A program made the translations under genes and the position numbers. This document shows, piece by piece, positions 27,201 to 36,351 of a stretch of 64,000 bases of DNA. Below the pieces are notes generated by a model that ran no database searches, was not told the DNA's origin, and saw only the letters and a list, made by a program, of their open reading frames with translations. The first letter of the stretch is position 1. Each line of letters opens with the position of its first letter. The DNA is from an uncultured Eubacteriales bacterium (GTDB lineage Bacteria; Bacillota; Clostridia; Oscillospirales; CAG-272): NCBI GenBank assembly GCA_934373635.1, contig CAKROZ010000002.1, forward strand, positions 123,540-187,539, given 5' to 3'.

Positions 27201-27348
27201 AATTTCAACGATAGCAATACTTTTTCATCACGGACTCATGCGATGCTTCCGCACAGTCTTCGAGCCAATGTCTTTCATAGAGATACTACGAAAAATCATA
27301 AAAAGATCAAAATTCATATCTGCACGCGGAAATTCCGTGCGCCCGCGC

Positions 27349-27377
27349 TTGACTTTCGGCGGCGGGTGTGCTACAAT
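27349..27377 (+). promoter_or_regulatory. SigmaA-type promoter (TTGACT-17-TACAAT)
   Basis: Read directly. Confidence 0.6.
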
Positions 27378-27406
27378 GGGGAAAAAGCGCGGCGGAGGTG
27401 CGGAAG

Positions 27407-28690
27407 ATGAAATACGCGTTTTGCGGCGGAAAAATTCTGAGCGGCAAGCAGGATATGGTACCCGTAGAGGGGTACACGGTACTGGTGGACGGCGAGGTGA
27501 TCGCGGACATTGTTCCCGAAACGGAGGCGGTACCCGATGGCTATCGTCGGATCGACCTCGGCGGGAAGTATCTCATGCCGGGACTCATCAACATGCACGT
27601 CCATCTGGCGGGTAACGGCAAGCCGCAAAAGAAACAGAGAGACAACGAAAAACTGGTGAAGACCATCATGGGTTCCGCACTGACGCGGGCGGTCGCCTAT
27701 CGGATGGTGAGTGATTTCGCCAAAACGGAGCTGTACAGCGGCGTGACGACGATCCGCACGGTGGGCGGACTCGGCGACTTTGACACCCGCCTGCGGGACG
27801 AGATCGCCGCGGGACACAAGACGGGACCGCGGATCCTTGCCGCGGGGCGGGGCATTTCCGTGCCGGGCGGGCACATGGCAGGCTCGGTCGCCATGGCGGC
27901 GCACAACGTGGACGAAGCGCTCGCCCACCTCGCGGTATGCGAAAAGGAAAAGACGGATCTTATCAAGCTGATGATCACGGGCGGCGTTCTCGACGCGAAG
28001 GAAAAGGGCGTGCCCGGAGAGCTCAAGATGTCGCCCGAGATGGTGAAGGCGGTATGCGACAAGGCGCACGAAGCCGGGTACACGGTGGCGGCGCACGTGG
28101 AGTCGCCCGTCGGGGTGAAGGTGGCGCTGGAAAACGGCGTGAATTCGATCGAACACGGCGCCGCGCCCGACGCGGACATTCTCGCCCTGTTCAAAGAGCG
28201 CGGGGCTTATCTTTGCACGACGATTTCTCCTGCCCTGCCCTACGCGCTGTTTGACCGCGCGGTATCCTGCGCCTCGGAAGTGGAGCAATACAACGGGAAT
28301 GTTGTATTCGAGGGCATCATCGCCTGTGCCAAAGCCGCCATTGAAAACGGGATCCCCGTCGTGTTGGGCAACGATGTCGGCTGTCCGTGGATCACACAAT
28401 ACGACTTTTGGCGGGAGCTGTATTACTTCCACAAGTATGTCGGTGTATCGAACGCGTTCGCGCTCTACACCGCGACGGCGCGCAGTGCGAAGATTTCGGG
28501 TATCGGCGACGTGACGGGCACCGTTGAAAAGGGCAAATGTGCCGACATGATCGTAACGGACGAAAACCCGCTCGATGACCTGCGCGCACTGCGGCATGTG
28601 AGCACCGTGGTGGCAAGAGGACGCTTGTACGAGCACCCGAAGGTGAAGGTCAAAAAACGGGTGGCGGAAGAGCTGGACAAATTCCTTTGA
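27407..28690 (+). CDS. Metal-dependent amidohydrolase-family protein
   Basis: GLINMHVHL carries the HxH motif, and the length and later H/D motifs fit amidohydrolase_1. ATG 27407 follows GGAGGTG. The 500-aa minus-strand ORF is antisense. Confidence 0.7.
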   Translation: MKYAFCGGKILSGKQDMVPVEGYTVLVDGEVIADIVPETEAVPDGYRRIDLGGKYLMPGLINMHVHLAGNGKPQKKQRDNEKLVKTIMGSALTRAVAYRMVSDFAKTELYSGVTTIRTVGGLGDFDTRLRDEIAAGHKTGPRILAAGRGISVPGGHMAGSVAMAAHNVDEALAHLAVCEKEKTDLIKLMITGGVLDAKEKGVPGELKMSPEMVKAVCDKAHEAGYTVAAHVESPVGVKVALENGVNSIEHGAAPDADILALFKERGAYLCTTISPALPYALFDRAVSCASEVEQYNGNVVFEGIIACAKAAIENGIPVVLGNDVGCPWITQYDFWRELYYFHKYVGVSNAFALYTATARSAKISGIGDVTGTVEKGKCADMIVTDENPLDDLRALRHVSTVVARGRLYEHPKVKVKKRVAEELDKFL

Positions 28691-28695
28691 TTTGA

Positions 28696-28753
28696 AAAAG
28701 GGCTTGTCCGCAAACAGGCATTTCAAAGACCTGTTTGCGGGCAGCCCTTTTCT
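28696..28753 (+). terminator. Long imperfect hairpin terminator
   Basis: AAAGGGCTTGTCCGCAAACAGG...CCTGTTTGCGGGCAGCCCTTT. Confidence 0.7.
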
Positions 28754-28783
28754 TGCGGTACCTGCATCACTCGTCGCCGAGGC

Positions 28784-28827
28784 AAAAAAATCCGAACCCG
28801 GATCCACAAGGATCGAGTTCGGATTTT
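28784..28827 (-). terminator. Hairpin terminator directly downstream of tRNA-Leu
   Basis: AAATCCGAAC...GTTCGGATTT flanked by A/T runs. Confidence 0.7.
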
Positions 28828-28914
28828 TGGTGCGGGTGAAAGGACTTGAACCTTCACGAAGTTGCCCCCACAAGAACCTGAATCTTGCGCGTCTGCCAAT
28901 TCCGCCACACCCGC
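28828..28914 (-). tRNA. tRNA-Leu (anticodon CAG), CCA encoded
   Basis: The minus strand reads GCGGGTGTGGCGGAATTGGCAGACGCGCAAGATTCAGGTTCTTGTGGGGGCAACTTCGTGAAGGTTCAAGTCCTTTCACCCGCACCA. The acceptor stems pair, the anticodon loop is TTCAGGT, and the long variable arm and TTCAAGT T-loop are present. Confidence 0.9.
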
Positions 28915-28953
28915 GTAGCCTGCTTTTGCGTTCCCGCTTACAGGTACTGGATT

Positions 28954-28982
28954 ATTTTATCACAGGAAAACGGATTTGTCAA
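28954..28982 (-). promoter_or_regulatory. SigmaA-type promoter for tRNA-Leu (TTGACA-17-TAAAAT on the minus strand)
   Basis: The reverse complement was read directly. Confidence 0.6.
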
Positions 28983-29107
28983 GACGTTTTTGAAGATTTT
29001 TCGCTTTTCGGGTGAAAAAATGTTTTTTTCACCGTCCGTCCGAGCGCTCATATTTTCGCACTGCGGGAAGAGCGCGGCATGAAAACGGGGGCTTTTTTGC
29101 TTTCGTA

Positions 29108-29136
29108 TTGAAAAGCGTGGAAAACTATGCTACAAT
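29108..29136 (+). promoter_or_regulatory. SigmaA-type promoter (TTGAAA-17-TACAAT)
   Basis: Read directly. Confidence 0.6.
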
Positions 29137-29207
29137 AGACGAAAAGGTCACAGGTGAGGAATGGTAGGACACATGAGAGATCTGTTTTATTTTTGCGGCA
29201 ATCCAAC

Positions 29208-29671
29208 ATGCCGGGGGCGTCGGTCTTCCCTGCCGTCGGAGTGCCGAAGGTCAAGGAGGCGGAGGAATACAAATACGCGCCGATCTACCGTGACGGCAAG
29301 CCGCACGGCGAATTTCTGCCCGTGAGCTACGATGCGGGAGAATTCCTCTACATCGACAATGCCGCGGCATACGCAAGGACGGATGCCGCGGGAAAATCCC
29401 TGCTGACGGAGTATCAGAAAAACTGCTACTCAACGACCGCGCTGTGTACGACGCCGCCGAGCGGCGCCTTCGACTCGATCGAATGCCGCCCGAGGAGTAC
29501 CGCCATTGCCGCGACAACTTCGCGGGGTTTGAAAATCAGCACATCAATGCGGCGGGATTCCGCATCGTCGCCCGGGGGACGGCGAAAAAACTCTACCGCA
29601 TTTTGCGGGAAGAAAAGCCCCCGATCCTCGAAGAAGAGCTCGTTCCGTTTGGGGACGCGGCGGGGGTGTGA
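29208..29671 (+). pseudogene. Hypothetical protein gene apparently split by a frameshift in an A5 run
   Basis: Frame 0 reads ...YIDNAAAYARTDAAGKSLLTEYQK, then degenerates into R/S/A-rich text. The +2 frame continues sensibly (LLLNDRAVYDAAERRLRLDRMPPEEYRHCRDNFAGFENQHINAAGFRIVARG...) to a stop at 29671. The junction is GAAAAAC at 29417-29423. The start is uncertain (ATG 29208, or GTG 29154 after AAAGG). Confidence 0.4.
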
Positions 29672-29678
29672 GCGCTGC

Positions 29679-29717
29679 AAAAAAACCGGACGTTCTTTGA
29701 AGGACGTCCGGTTTTTT
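29679..29717. terminator. Bidirectional hairpin terminator
   Basis: AACCGGACGT-N10-ACGTCCGGTT with an A run before and a T run after. Confidence 0.8.
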
Positions 29718-29769
29718 GCGTTTGTGAGGGCAAGGCGGATCTCGTTACGGATCCGCCCGCGCCTTTTTG

Positions 29770-30237
29770 CTAACGACAGGTTTCGTGCAGGGTGCCGTCC
29801 CCTCCCATCAGGGCGGTCATCTCTTCGATGCGCTCGATGGGAAAGGGTGGCTCGCAGAGGGGCTTCATCGCGATGCTCATGAGCTTCATGGGGTTATCGT
29901 CCGCGGCGACGCGGTTCGACGACAGGGCGCCGCACCGACGGCAACGGTGAATGATCGCCCATTCCCCGCCCTTTCGCACCCAGACGGCGATCGGCTCCAT
30001 GATGCCGCCGCAGTCGCTCTGTCTGTCTCCCGGCTCGATGTCGAGGTGGAGGCTAGACAGACAATTCGGGCAATGGTTGCGGTGATCGCTCCCCGCCCCG
30101 ACGGGCGTGACGAGCCTTCCGCAGGTCTTACAAGTGAAGCTATCGTTACAGGGATGTGTTTTGTAGTAGCCTTTTTCAAAGGTTTTCCGTTTGTTTTCAC
30201 GGTTCAAGGTTTTTCCTCCCGATGGTGATTTTATCAC
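29770..30237 (-). CDS. RNHCP-domain zinc-ribbon protein
   Basis: It contains the eponymous HRNHCPNCLSSLH motif plus CKTCG and CRRCG pairs. The true start may be internal. Confidence 0.65.
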   Translation of the reverse strand: MIKSPSGGKTLNRENKRKTFEKGYYKTHPCNDSFTCKTCGRLVTPVGAGSDHRNHCPNCLSSLHLDIEPGDRQSDCGGIMEPIAVWVRKGGEWAIIHRCRRCGALSSNRVAADDNPMKLMSIAMKPLCEPPFPIERIEEMTALMGGDGTLHETCR

Positions 30238-30566
30238 GTCTCCGAGAGGTATGGCGATGTGGATTTGCCGAACCTCTCGGTCAAATCACACAATCCGAAG
30301 CATTAGAAATAGATTTCAAACAGTTCTCCTATATTGATTTGGTAATTATAGGATAGCACGCGGGAGAGGATTTGTCAAGAGGGAGACGCAAATTCTTGAT
30401 CTTTTCTCCCATAAAGCAAGAAAGGCGCGCCTTCAAAAAAGGGCGAAAATGTCCAATGGAGTATCGCCCGTATAGATCTTCCCGCTCCCCGCTTCCCTTA
30501 CGGCGGATTTCTTTCCGATCTTTTGTTTTTTGACATCCGCTTGCCGATCTCGGCGCGGACGGTTTT

Positions 30567-31097
30567 TTACGTATTTTGAGCGTCCGTGTGGGCTTCTCCG
30601 AGGCAGGGGAGCTTTACGAGGTGCACCTCGTTTCCGTGTTCTTCAAGGAGGGTCACGAGGTCTTTTGCCGACAGATAGACCGTCGCGGTGTTGTCGTTCG
30701 GGTGGACGCCGATCTTCCCTTCTCCGCAAAGCAGATCTTCGTCGAGCCATACGGCGACCCGCCGCTCCGTGTCGTTCAGGATGCCGAGGGGTGAGACGGC
30801 GCCGCGCGTCAGGGCGAGGAAGGAGGAAAGCTCCTCCTCCGAGGCGAAGGTGAGGGGGCGGGTGCCGTATGCGCGCCGAAGGGCTTTGAGGTCGATCCGC
30901 TTCTCTCCCTTCATGACGATGAGGAGGTACGTCCGATGCTTATCGTCGCGGACGAAGAGATTCTTTGCCTCTGCGTCGGGATAGGGGAGCTCGACCTCTG
31001 CAAGCGCTTCCATGGTATAGACCGCGCGGTGCTCCACCGCTTCATAGGGGATCCCACGCTCGCGAAAGAGCGCGTAGATCTCTTCCTTTTTTATCAT
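30567..31097 (-). CDS. YbaK/ProX-type aminoacyl-tRNA deacylase (prolyl-tRNA editing protein)
   Basis: MIKKEEIYALFRERGIPYEAVEH...KNLFVRDDK...GAVSPLG are typical ProX/YbaK motifs. Confidence 0.7.
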   Translation of the reverse strand: MIKKEEIYALFRERGIPYEAVEHRAVYTMEALAEVELPYPDAEAKNLFVRDDKHRTYLLIVMKGEKRIDLKALRRAYGTRPLTFASEEELSSFLALTRGAVSPLGILNDTERRVAVWLDEDLLCGEGKIGVHPNDNTATVYLSAKDLVTLLEEHGNEVHLVKLPCLGEAHTDAQNT

Positions 31098-31160
31098 GCA
31101 AAAATCTGTTCCTTCCCTCATATTGGCGGGAATATCGGCTATATTGTACGGTTTTGTTTG

Positions 31161-31541
31161 CTATTCTGTTTCTTCCCGCGTGTTTTCATCCTCTTCGTCG
31201 TCGGCGACGATGTTTTTCAAAATGAATTCATTCCCGCGGAGGAGGACGGTGCGATCGCTCCCGCAATGCGGGCATATCTTCCCGTGCTCGACGGTCGTGT
31301 AGGTCTTGCCGCACGCCTCACAGAGGGTGACGGCGGGGATCTTCTCGAGGATCAGCTCGGCGTCCTTCATGACCGTCTCCTTGGAGACTGCCCAACGCCA
31401 GCAATCGAGAAGATAGTCGGGCAGGACCGCCGAGACCTCTCCGAGCTCGACCGTTACGGCGCGCACATGCGAGACGCCGTTGTCCGCCGCGATGCGGTTG
31501 ACGCTTTTGATAACATGAAAGACGACTCCGAGCTCGTGCAT
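31161..31541 (-). CDS. hypA: Hydrogenase/urease nickel-incorporation metallochaperone HypA
   Basis: The N-terminal MHELGV contains the MHE nickel site, and the CEACG...CPHCG zinc site is present. Confidence 0.85.
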   Translation of the reverse strand: MHELGVVFHVIKSVNRIAADNGVSHVRAVTVELGEVSAVLPDYLLDCWRWAVSKETVMKDAELILEKIPAVTLCEACGKTYTTVEHGKICPHCGSDRTVLLRGNEFILKNIVADDEEDENTREETE

Positions 31542-31641
31542 GGTTCCTCCGTCAATTCGAGCCTTCGATCGGAAAGACGCTTTTCCCCCGCGCTTTTTCG
31601 GCGCGGGGGTGCGTTCTTTCATCGAAGGGGTATTTCAGATC

Positions 31642-34497
31642 TTACTTTGCCGATCTTTCGGCTTTCTTTTTCTTGCCGACGTTGTTTTTGTTGCGCAGGA
31701 TGCGGAAGCCGCGCTTGACGGCATAGGGCAGAAGGACGCCGACCTTCTTCTCCGCGACGGTCATACGGCTCGCCTCGGGGAGGTCGCGCGAGAGATGAAT
31801 GGCGTCGAAGGCGCACTTCGTCGTGCAGATGCCGCAACCGATGCAACGGTTCGTATCGACGATCGACGCGCCGCAACCGAGACAGCGCGAGGTCTCGATC
31901 TTCACCTGTTCTTCGGTCAGGGTACCGTGCGTATCGGCAAAGGCGTCCTTCCCCGCCGCGGAGAGGCTCTCCGCCTCCTGTCTGCCTGCGGTATCATAGC
32001 TTCCCACGAGGATGTCGTCGGTATCCATTTTTGCGAATTCCCTGCGGTTTCTGCCGATGGTCATATGTCCGTGCTGAACGTAGCGATGCAGGCTCTCCGA
32101 CGCGGCGTGTCCCGCGGCGATGGCATCGATCGCGAATTTCGGTCCCGTGAGCAAGTCACCGCCGACGAAAATGTCGGGCTCGGCGGTCTGATAGGTGAGG
32201 GGATCCGCCTTCGGCGCGTTGCCTCTGCCGAGCTCCACACGGCTGCCCTTCAGAAGGTCGCCGAGCAGGACGCTCTGACCGATGGCGAAAATGACGGTCT
32301 CGGCGGGAAGGGTGATCGTCTCGGCATCGTCGTACACGGGGGCAAAGCGCCCGTCCTTATCATAAACCGAAAGGCAACGGCGGAAGCTCACGCCCGTAAC
32401 GTGTCCGTCCTCCGTCAAAACGCGGGTCGGTCCGAAGGACGGGAAGATGCGAACGCCGTCTGCCTCTGCCTCGCGCACCTCCTCGGCGCTCGCGGGCATG
32501 GCATCCTTTTCTTCAAGGCACACCATACTGACGGTATCGGCGCCCGATCTTGCGGCGACGCGCGCCGCGTCGATGGCGACGTTGCCGCCGCCGACCACGA
32601 CGACTCTGCCCGACAGGCTCTTTCCGCCGCAGTTCGTCTCGCGGAGGAAGTCCACCGCACTGACGGCGCCCGCCGCATTTTCCCCTTCAATGTCCGGGAG
32701 TCTGCCTCCCTGACAACCGATGGCAATATAGAAGGCGCGGTAGCCCTCGGCGCGAAGGTCATCGAGCGTGACGTCGCGTCCGACTTCGACGCCGCAACGG
32801 ATGTCGACGCCCATTTCGCGGAGGACGTCGACCTCGGCGTCGATGATCTCTTTTTCGAGCTTATAAGAGGGGATGCCGTAGGTCAGCATACCGCCGGGGC
32901 GCTCATTCTTTTCGAAGACGGTGGGATAATAGCCCTTTTGGGCAAGGTAGAAGGCGCAGGAAAGACCCGCGGGACCCGCGCCGATCACGGCGATCTTCTC
33001 CTTCCAGCGTCCGAGGTTCGAGGCGACGACGATCTCGGGGACGAAGCGGTGCTCTGCCGTGAGATCCTGCTCGGCGATGAATTTCTTCACCGCGTCGATG
33101 GCGACCGAGCGATCCACGGTGCCGCGGGTGCAGGCTTCCTCACAGCGGCGGTTACAGATTCTGCCGCAGACGGCGGGAAAGGGATTTTCCCGTTTGATGA
33201 GTTCAAGCGCCTCGCGGTATTTTCCTTGGGCGGCGAGTTTCAGATACCCCTGCACCGCGATGTGGGCGGGGCAGGTCGCCTTACAGGGGGAGGTACCGCT
33301 CTCGTGGGTATTGATGCGGTTTTTGTCGCGGTAATCCTCGCTCCACATATGCTCGCCCCAGCTGTTGTTATCGGGGAGGGGTTGTTTCGGATATTCGACC
33401 TCCGAGCCGTCGGCGTGGCAGAGCTTCTGTCCGAGCTTGACGGCGCCCGCGGGGCAATATTCGACGCATCTGCCGCAGGCGACGCACTTTTCTTTATCGA
33501 CGTGCGCGATGTAGGCGGAACGGGACATATTCGGGGTATTGAAAAGCTGAGAGGTGCGCAGGGCGTTGCAGATATTGACGTTACAGTTACAGATGGCGAA
33601 GATCTTTCCCTCGCCGTCGATGTTCGTGATCTGGTGGACGAAGCCGTTGTCCTCGGCGCGGCGGAGGATCTCCATCGCCTCGTCGTAGGTGATGTCCTTT
33701 CCCTTCCCCGTCTCGCGGCAATAATCCGCCATATCGCCGACGCCGATACACCACATTTCGGCATCGTCGGCGCATCCTTCGTCAAGAAGCTTCCGCCCGT
33801 AGCGGCAGGAGCAGACACTCGCGCCGATGTGACCTTCATAGCGTTTCAGCCAATAGGAGATGTGCTCGATGTCGAGCGACTCGTTCTCCATCGAGATGGC
33901 GCGCTCGACGGGGATGACGTGCATTCCGACGCCCGCGCCTCCGGGAGGCACCATGGCGGTGACATGTTCGAGGGGCAGGAAGGTCATGCGCTCGAAGAAC
34001 ATGGCAAGCTCGGGATGGCGCTGCATAAGACCCTTGTTCATATTCGTATATTCGGCAGAGCCGGGGACGAAGAGCGGGATCCAATACTCGCGGTTCTCCT
34101 TCTCACGCGGGACGTTCGGCACGGGACCGTCCGCCGTGTAGTGATCGCCGTAGTCGTACTCGAGCATTCCGAGAACGCCGAGGCGGGAGAGAAGGTCGTC
34201 GAGCGACGCGCGGGAGGCGTCGTCCGTGACCTTCGAAAGACGGCAGAGGTCGGCATAGGTATATTTGCGTCTGACCTTCATGGAAAGAAGGAGGTCGAGC
34301 GCGCGCTCCGACTCGTCCTTTGTCAGCTCGTCCTCAAAAATGCAGGCAAAGCCCCAATACTCGGGATCCTTTGTCGTAATGCCCGAAATCTTTGCGGGGA
34401 TGCGGTCGGTGATCTTGCGCACGAGCTTCAAAAGCTTCGGGTTCGGGTTCTCGTCCCCGTAGTGCGCGGGCGTGTACTTTTTGCTCATTTCCGGCAT
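31642..34497 (-). CDS. 951-aa Fe-S flavoprotein: Cys-rich N-terminal domain, GltD-like FAD/NAD(P)H oxidoreductase and a C-terminal 2x[4Fe-4S] ferredoxin domain
   Basis: CVACGRCVEYCP is a ferredoxin-type motif. PCKATCPAHIAVQGYL...NPFPAVCGRICNRRCEEACTRG matches the GltD/SudA N-terminal Fe-S domain. IAVIGAGPAGL and VVVVGGGNVAID are dinucleotide folds, and CLGCGASIVDTNRCIGCGICTTKC lies at the C-terminus. The 1190-aa plus-strand ORF is antisense. Confidence 0.75.
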   Translation of the reverse strand: MPEMSKKYTPAHYGDENPNPKLLKLVRKITDRIPAKISGITTKDPEYWGFACIFEDELTKDESERALDLLLSMKVRRKYTYADLCRLSKVTDDASRASLDDLLSRLGVLGMLEYDYGDHYTADGPVPNVPREKENREYWIPLFVPGSAEYTNMNKGLMQRHPELAMFFERMTFLPLEHVTAMVPPGGAGVGMHVIPVERAISMENESLDIEHISYWLKRYEGHIGASVCSCRYGRKLLDEGCADDAEMWCIGVGDMADYCRETGKGKDITYDEAMEILRRAEDNGFVHQITNIDGEGKIFAICNCNVNICNALRTSQLFNTPNMSRSAYIAHVDKEKCVACGRCVEYCPAGAVKLGQKLCHADGSEVEYPKQPLPDNNSWGEHMWSEDYRDKNRINTHESGTSPCKATCPAHIAVQGYLKLAAQGKYREALELIKRENPFPAVCGRICNRRCEEACTRGTVDRSVAIDAVKKFIAEQDLTAEHRFVPEIVVASNLGRWKEKIAVIGAGPAGLSCAFYLAQKGYYPTVFEKNERPGGMLTYGIPSYKLEKEIIDAEVDVLREMGVDIRCGVEVGRDVTLDDLRAEGYRAFYIAIGCQGGRLPDIEGENAAGAVSAVDFLRETNCGGKSLSGRVVVVGGGNVAIDAARVAARSGADTVSMVCLEEKDAMPASAEEVREAEADGVRIFPSFGPTRVLTEDGHVTGVSFRRCLSVYDKDGRFAPVYDDAETITLPAETVIFAIGQSVLLGDLLKGSRVELGRGNAPKADPLTYQTAEPDIFVGGDLLTGPKFAIDAIAAGHAASESLHRYVQHGHMTIGRNRREFAKMDTDDILVGSYDTAGRQEAESLSAAGKDAFADTHGTLTEEQVKIETSRCLGCGASIVDTNRCIGCGICTTKCAFDAIHLSRDLPEASRMTVAEKKVGVLLPYAVKRGFRILRNKNNVGKKKKAERSAK

Positions 34498-34545
34498 GGT
34501 CTCTTCCTCTTTTCGTCGTTTTTGTCGAATTTTGTAAAGATTCGT

Positions 34546-35229
34546 TTATCTTTTGCTTGCTTTCCACGCATCGATCTCGGCGGAGAGCCAATCGGCAAAC
34601 GCGCCGACGCCCTCACCGTTCTTCTTTGCGGCGACGGGAAAGATCTTCGCGTTCGGATTGCGCATTTTGATATTTTCCCTGCAACGGTCGAGGTCGAAAT
34701 CGAAGGCGGCGAGGGTATCCGTCTTGCTGATCACGACGGCGTCCGAGACGCGGAAGATGAGGGGATATTTGAGGGGTTTATCGTCCCCTTCGGGCACGGA
34801 GAGGAGCATCGCGCACTTCACGGCGCCCGTATCGAATTCGGCGGGACAGACGAGATTGCCGACGTTTTCGAGAATGACGAGATCCAGCCCGTCGAGTCCG
34901 AGCTCGGTAAGTCCCTGTCTTGTCATATCGGCGTCGAGGTGGCACATGCCGCCCGTATGGAGCTGTATCGTCTTTGCCCCCGTCCGCTCGGCGACCGTCT
35001 TTGCGTCGATGTCGCCGTCGATATCCGCCTCCATGACGCCGATCTTATATTTTTTCGCGAGGAGGGGGATCAGGGCGGTGAGGAAGGTGGTCTTCCCGCT
35101 CCCCGGGCTTGACATCAGGTTCAGAAGGAAAACGCCCTTTTCGCGCAGGGTGTCCCGCAGGCGGTCGGCGTCGCGGTCGTTGTCCGCAAAGACGCTCTCC
35201 TTGATCTCAATGATCCGTATCGCATCCAT
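34546..35229 (-). CDS. hypB: Nickel-incorporation GTPase HypB
   Basis: The P-loop is SSPGSGKTT, GGMCHLDA carries the CH metal site, and ENVGNLVCPA is present. ATG 35229 follows GGAGGAA. Confidence 0.85.
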   Translation of the reverse strand: MDAIRIIEIKESVFADNDRDADRLRDTLREKGVFLLNLMSSPGSGKTTFLTALIPLLAKKYKIGVMEADIDGDIDAKTVAERTGAKTIQLHTGGMCHLDADMTRQGLTELGLDGLDLVILENVGNLVCPAEFDTGAVKCAMLLSVPEGDDKPLKYPLIFRVSDAVVISKTDTLAAFDFDLDRCRENIKMRNPNAKIFPVAAKKNGEGVGAFADWLSAEIDAWKASKR

Positions 35230-35440
35230 AGTTGGTTCCTCCGGCAAGATTTGATCGATTTCAGTATACTATATTCCGCGCGCAAAGTCAACACCCCATA
35301 TTTTAACTTTTTTCGCGCTTATGCGGGCGGGAAAATGCGGGAAATGTAAAAATTTTCCTCCGCTCCTTGCACAAACGAAAAAAATATGCTATCATAAAAC
35401 CATAAAGCAAAAAAGCCGCGCTCGGCGGCGGGAGGGTGCT

Positions 35441-36334
35441 ATGTTTGAGCGTTTGATCCGCGGGCAGATCGGAAAGCAGGAGGAAAAACTCGACCGCTTT
35501 CTTTCAAAGCATGAAAAGGAGCATCCCTTCCCCGAGGATGTCACGCTCGTCGCGGACCTCGACTGTCAAAGTGACGGAGTGGCACGGCACAGGATCGACG
35601 TCCTCCGTCCGACGGGCGTCGATGGGGTGCTTCCTGTCGTGCTCGACATTCACGGCGGCGGGTTCCTGCTCGGGAGCAAGGAGGTCAACCGCCTTTTCTG
35701 CGCCGATCTCTGCAAGCGGGGCTTTCTCGTCCTTTCGGCGGAATATCCGCTCGCGCCGGATGCCGATATTTTCACGATCCTTCGCGGGCTGTGCGACCTG
35801 CTACGGAAGGTTCCCGAGGTCGCCGCGAGGTTTTGCGGGGACGTGAGCCGCTTCTTCCTCGTCGGAGACAGTGCGGGCGCGTGGCTTGCCCTCTATCTTG
35901 CCGCCATGCAAAAGAGCGAAGCGCTCGCCGCGGCGGCCGGCGTCGACCCGCCGGACACGCCGCGCGTCTGCGCGCTCGGGTTGCAGAGCGGCATGTTCTA
36001 CACGCAGAAGCTCGACAACATCGGTCTGTTTCTTCCCTCTCTCATTTACGGCAAGGGCTTCCGCCGGCATCCCTTCTTCCCTTACGCGAACCCCGAGCAT
36101 ACGGAGATCCTCTCGCACCTGCCGCCCGTCTTTCTCGTGACGGGATGGGGAGATTTCCTCCGTCATTACAGTCGGGCGTATGCAAAGGCGCTATGTGCCT
36201 TCGGCGTTCCGACGCACTTTCTCGATCTGAAGATGTCGAAGCGGCTCCCGCACGCGTACCCCGCCATTTTACCCGAGCTTCCCGCTTCGAAAGAGGCAAA
36301 CGATGCGATGGCAGACTTCTTCAAAAACGTGTGA
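35441..36334 (+). CDS. Alpha/beta hydrolase (HSL-like family IV esterase)
   Basis: The HGGGF oxyanion motif and the GDSAG nucleophile elbow are both present. ATG 35441 follows GGGAGGGTG. Confidence 0.75.
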   Translation: MFERLIRGQIGKQEEKLDRFLSKHEKEHPFPEDVTLVADLDCQSDGVARHRIDVLRPTGVDGVLPVVLDIHGGGFLLGSKEVNRLFCADLCKRGFLVLSAEYPLAPDADIFTILRGLCDLLRKVPEVAARFCGDVSRFFLVGDSAGAWLALYLAAMQKSEALAAAAGVDPPDTPRVCALGLQSGMFYTQKLDNIGLFLPSLIYGKGFRRHPFFPYANPEHTEILSHLPPVFLVTGWGDFLRHYSRAYAKALCAFGVPTHFLDLKMSKRLPHAYPAILPELPASKEANDAMADFFKNV

Positions 36335-36351
36335 AGCAAGGATGATTTGAC

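Noticed and set aside
29173-29325. A 50-aa ORF starting MRDLFYFCGNPTC... as a small zinc-ribbon protein or evidence of a second frameshift
   Set aside because: After 13 residues it turns into an Arg-rich out-of-frame-looking sequence. No homopolymer lies at the point where it would need to join the main frame, so I could not support it.
31540-35112. A 1190-aa plus-strand ORF, the longest 'gene' in this region of the track
   Set aside because: It runs antisense across hypA, the Fe-S flavoprotein gene and hypB. Its composition (Arg/Gly/Ala/Asp/Val-rich, no motifs) is what a stop-poor antisense frame of GC3-rich genes produces. All three minus-strand genes have clear catalytic motifs.
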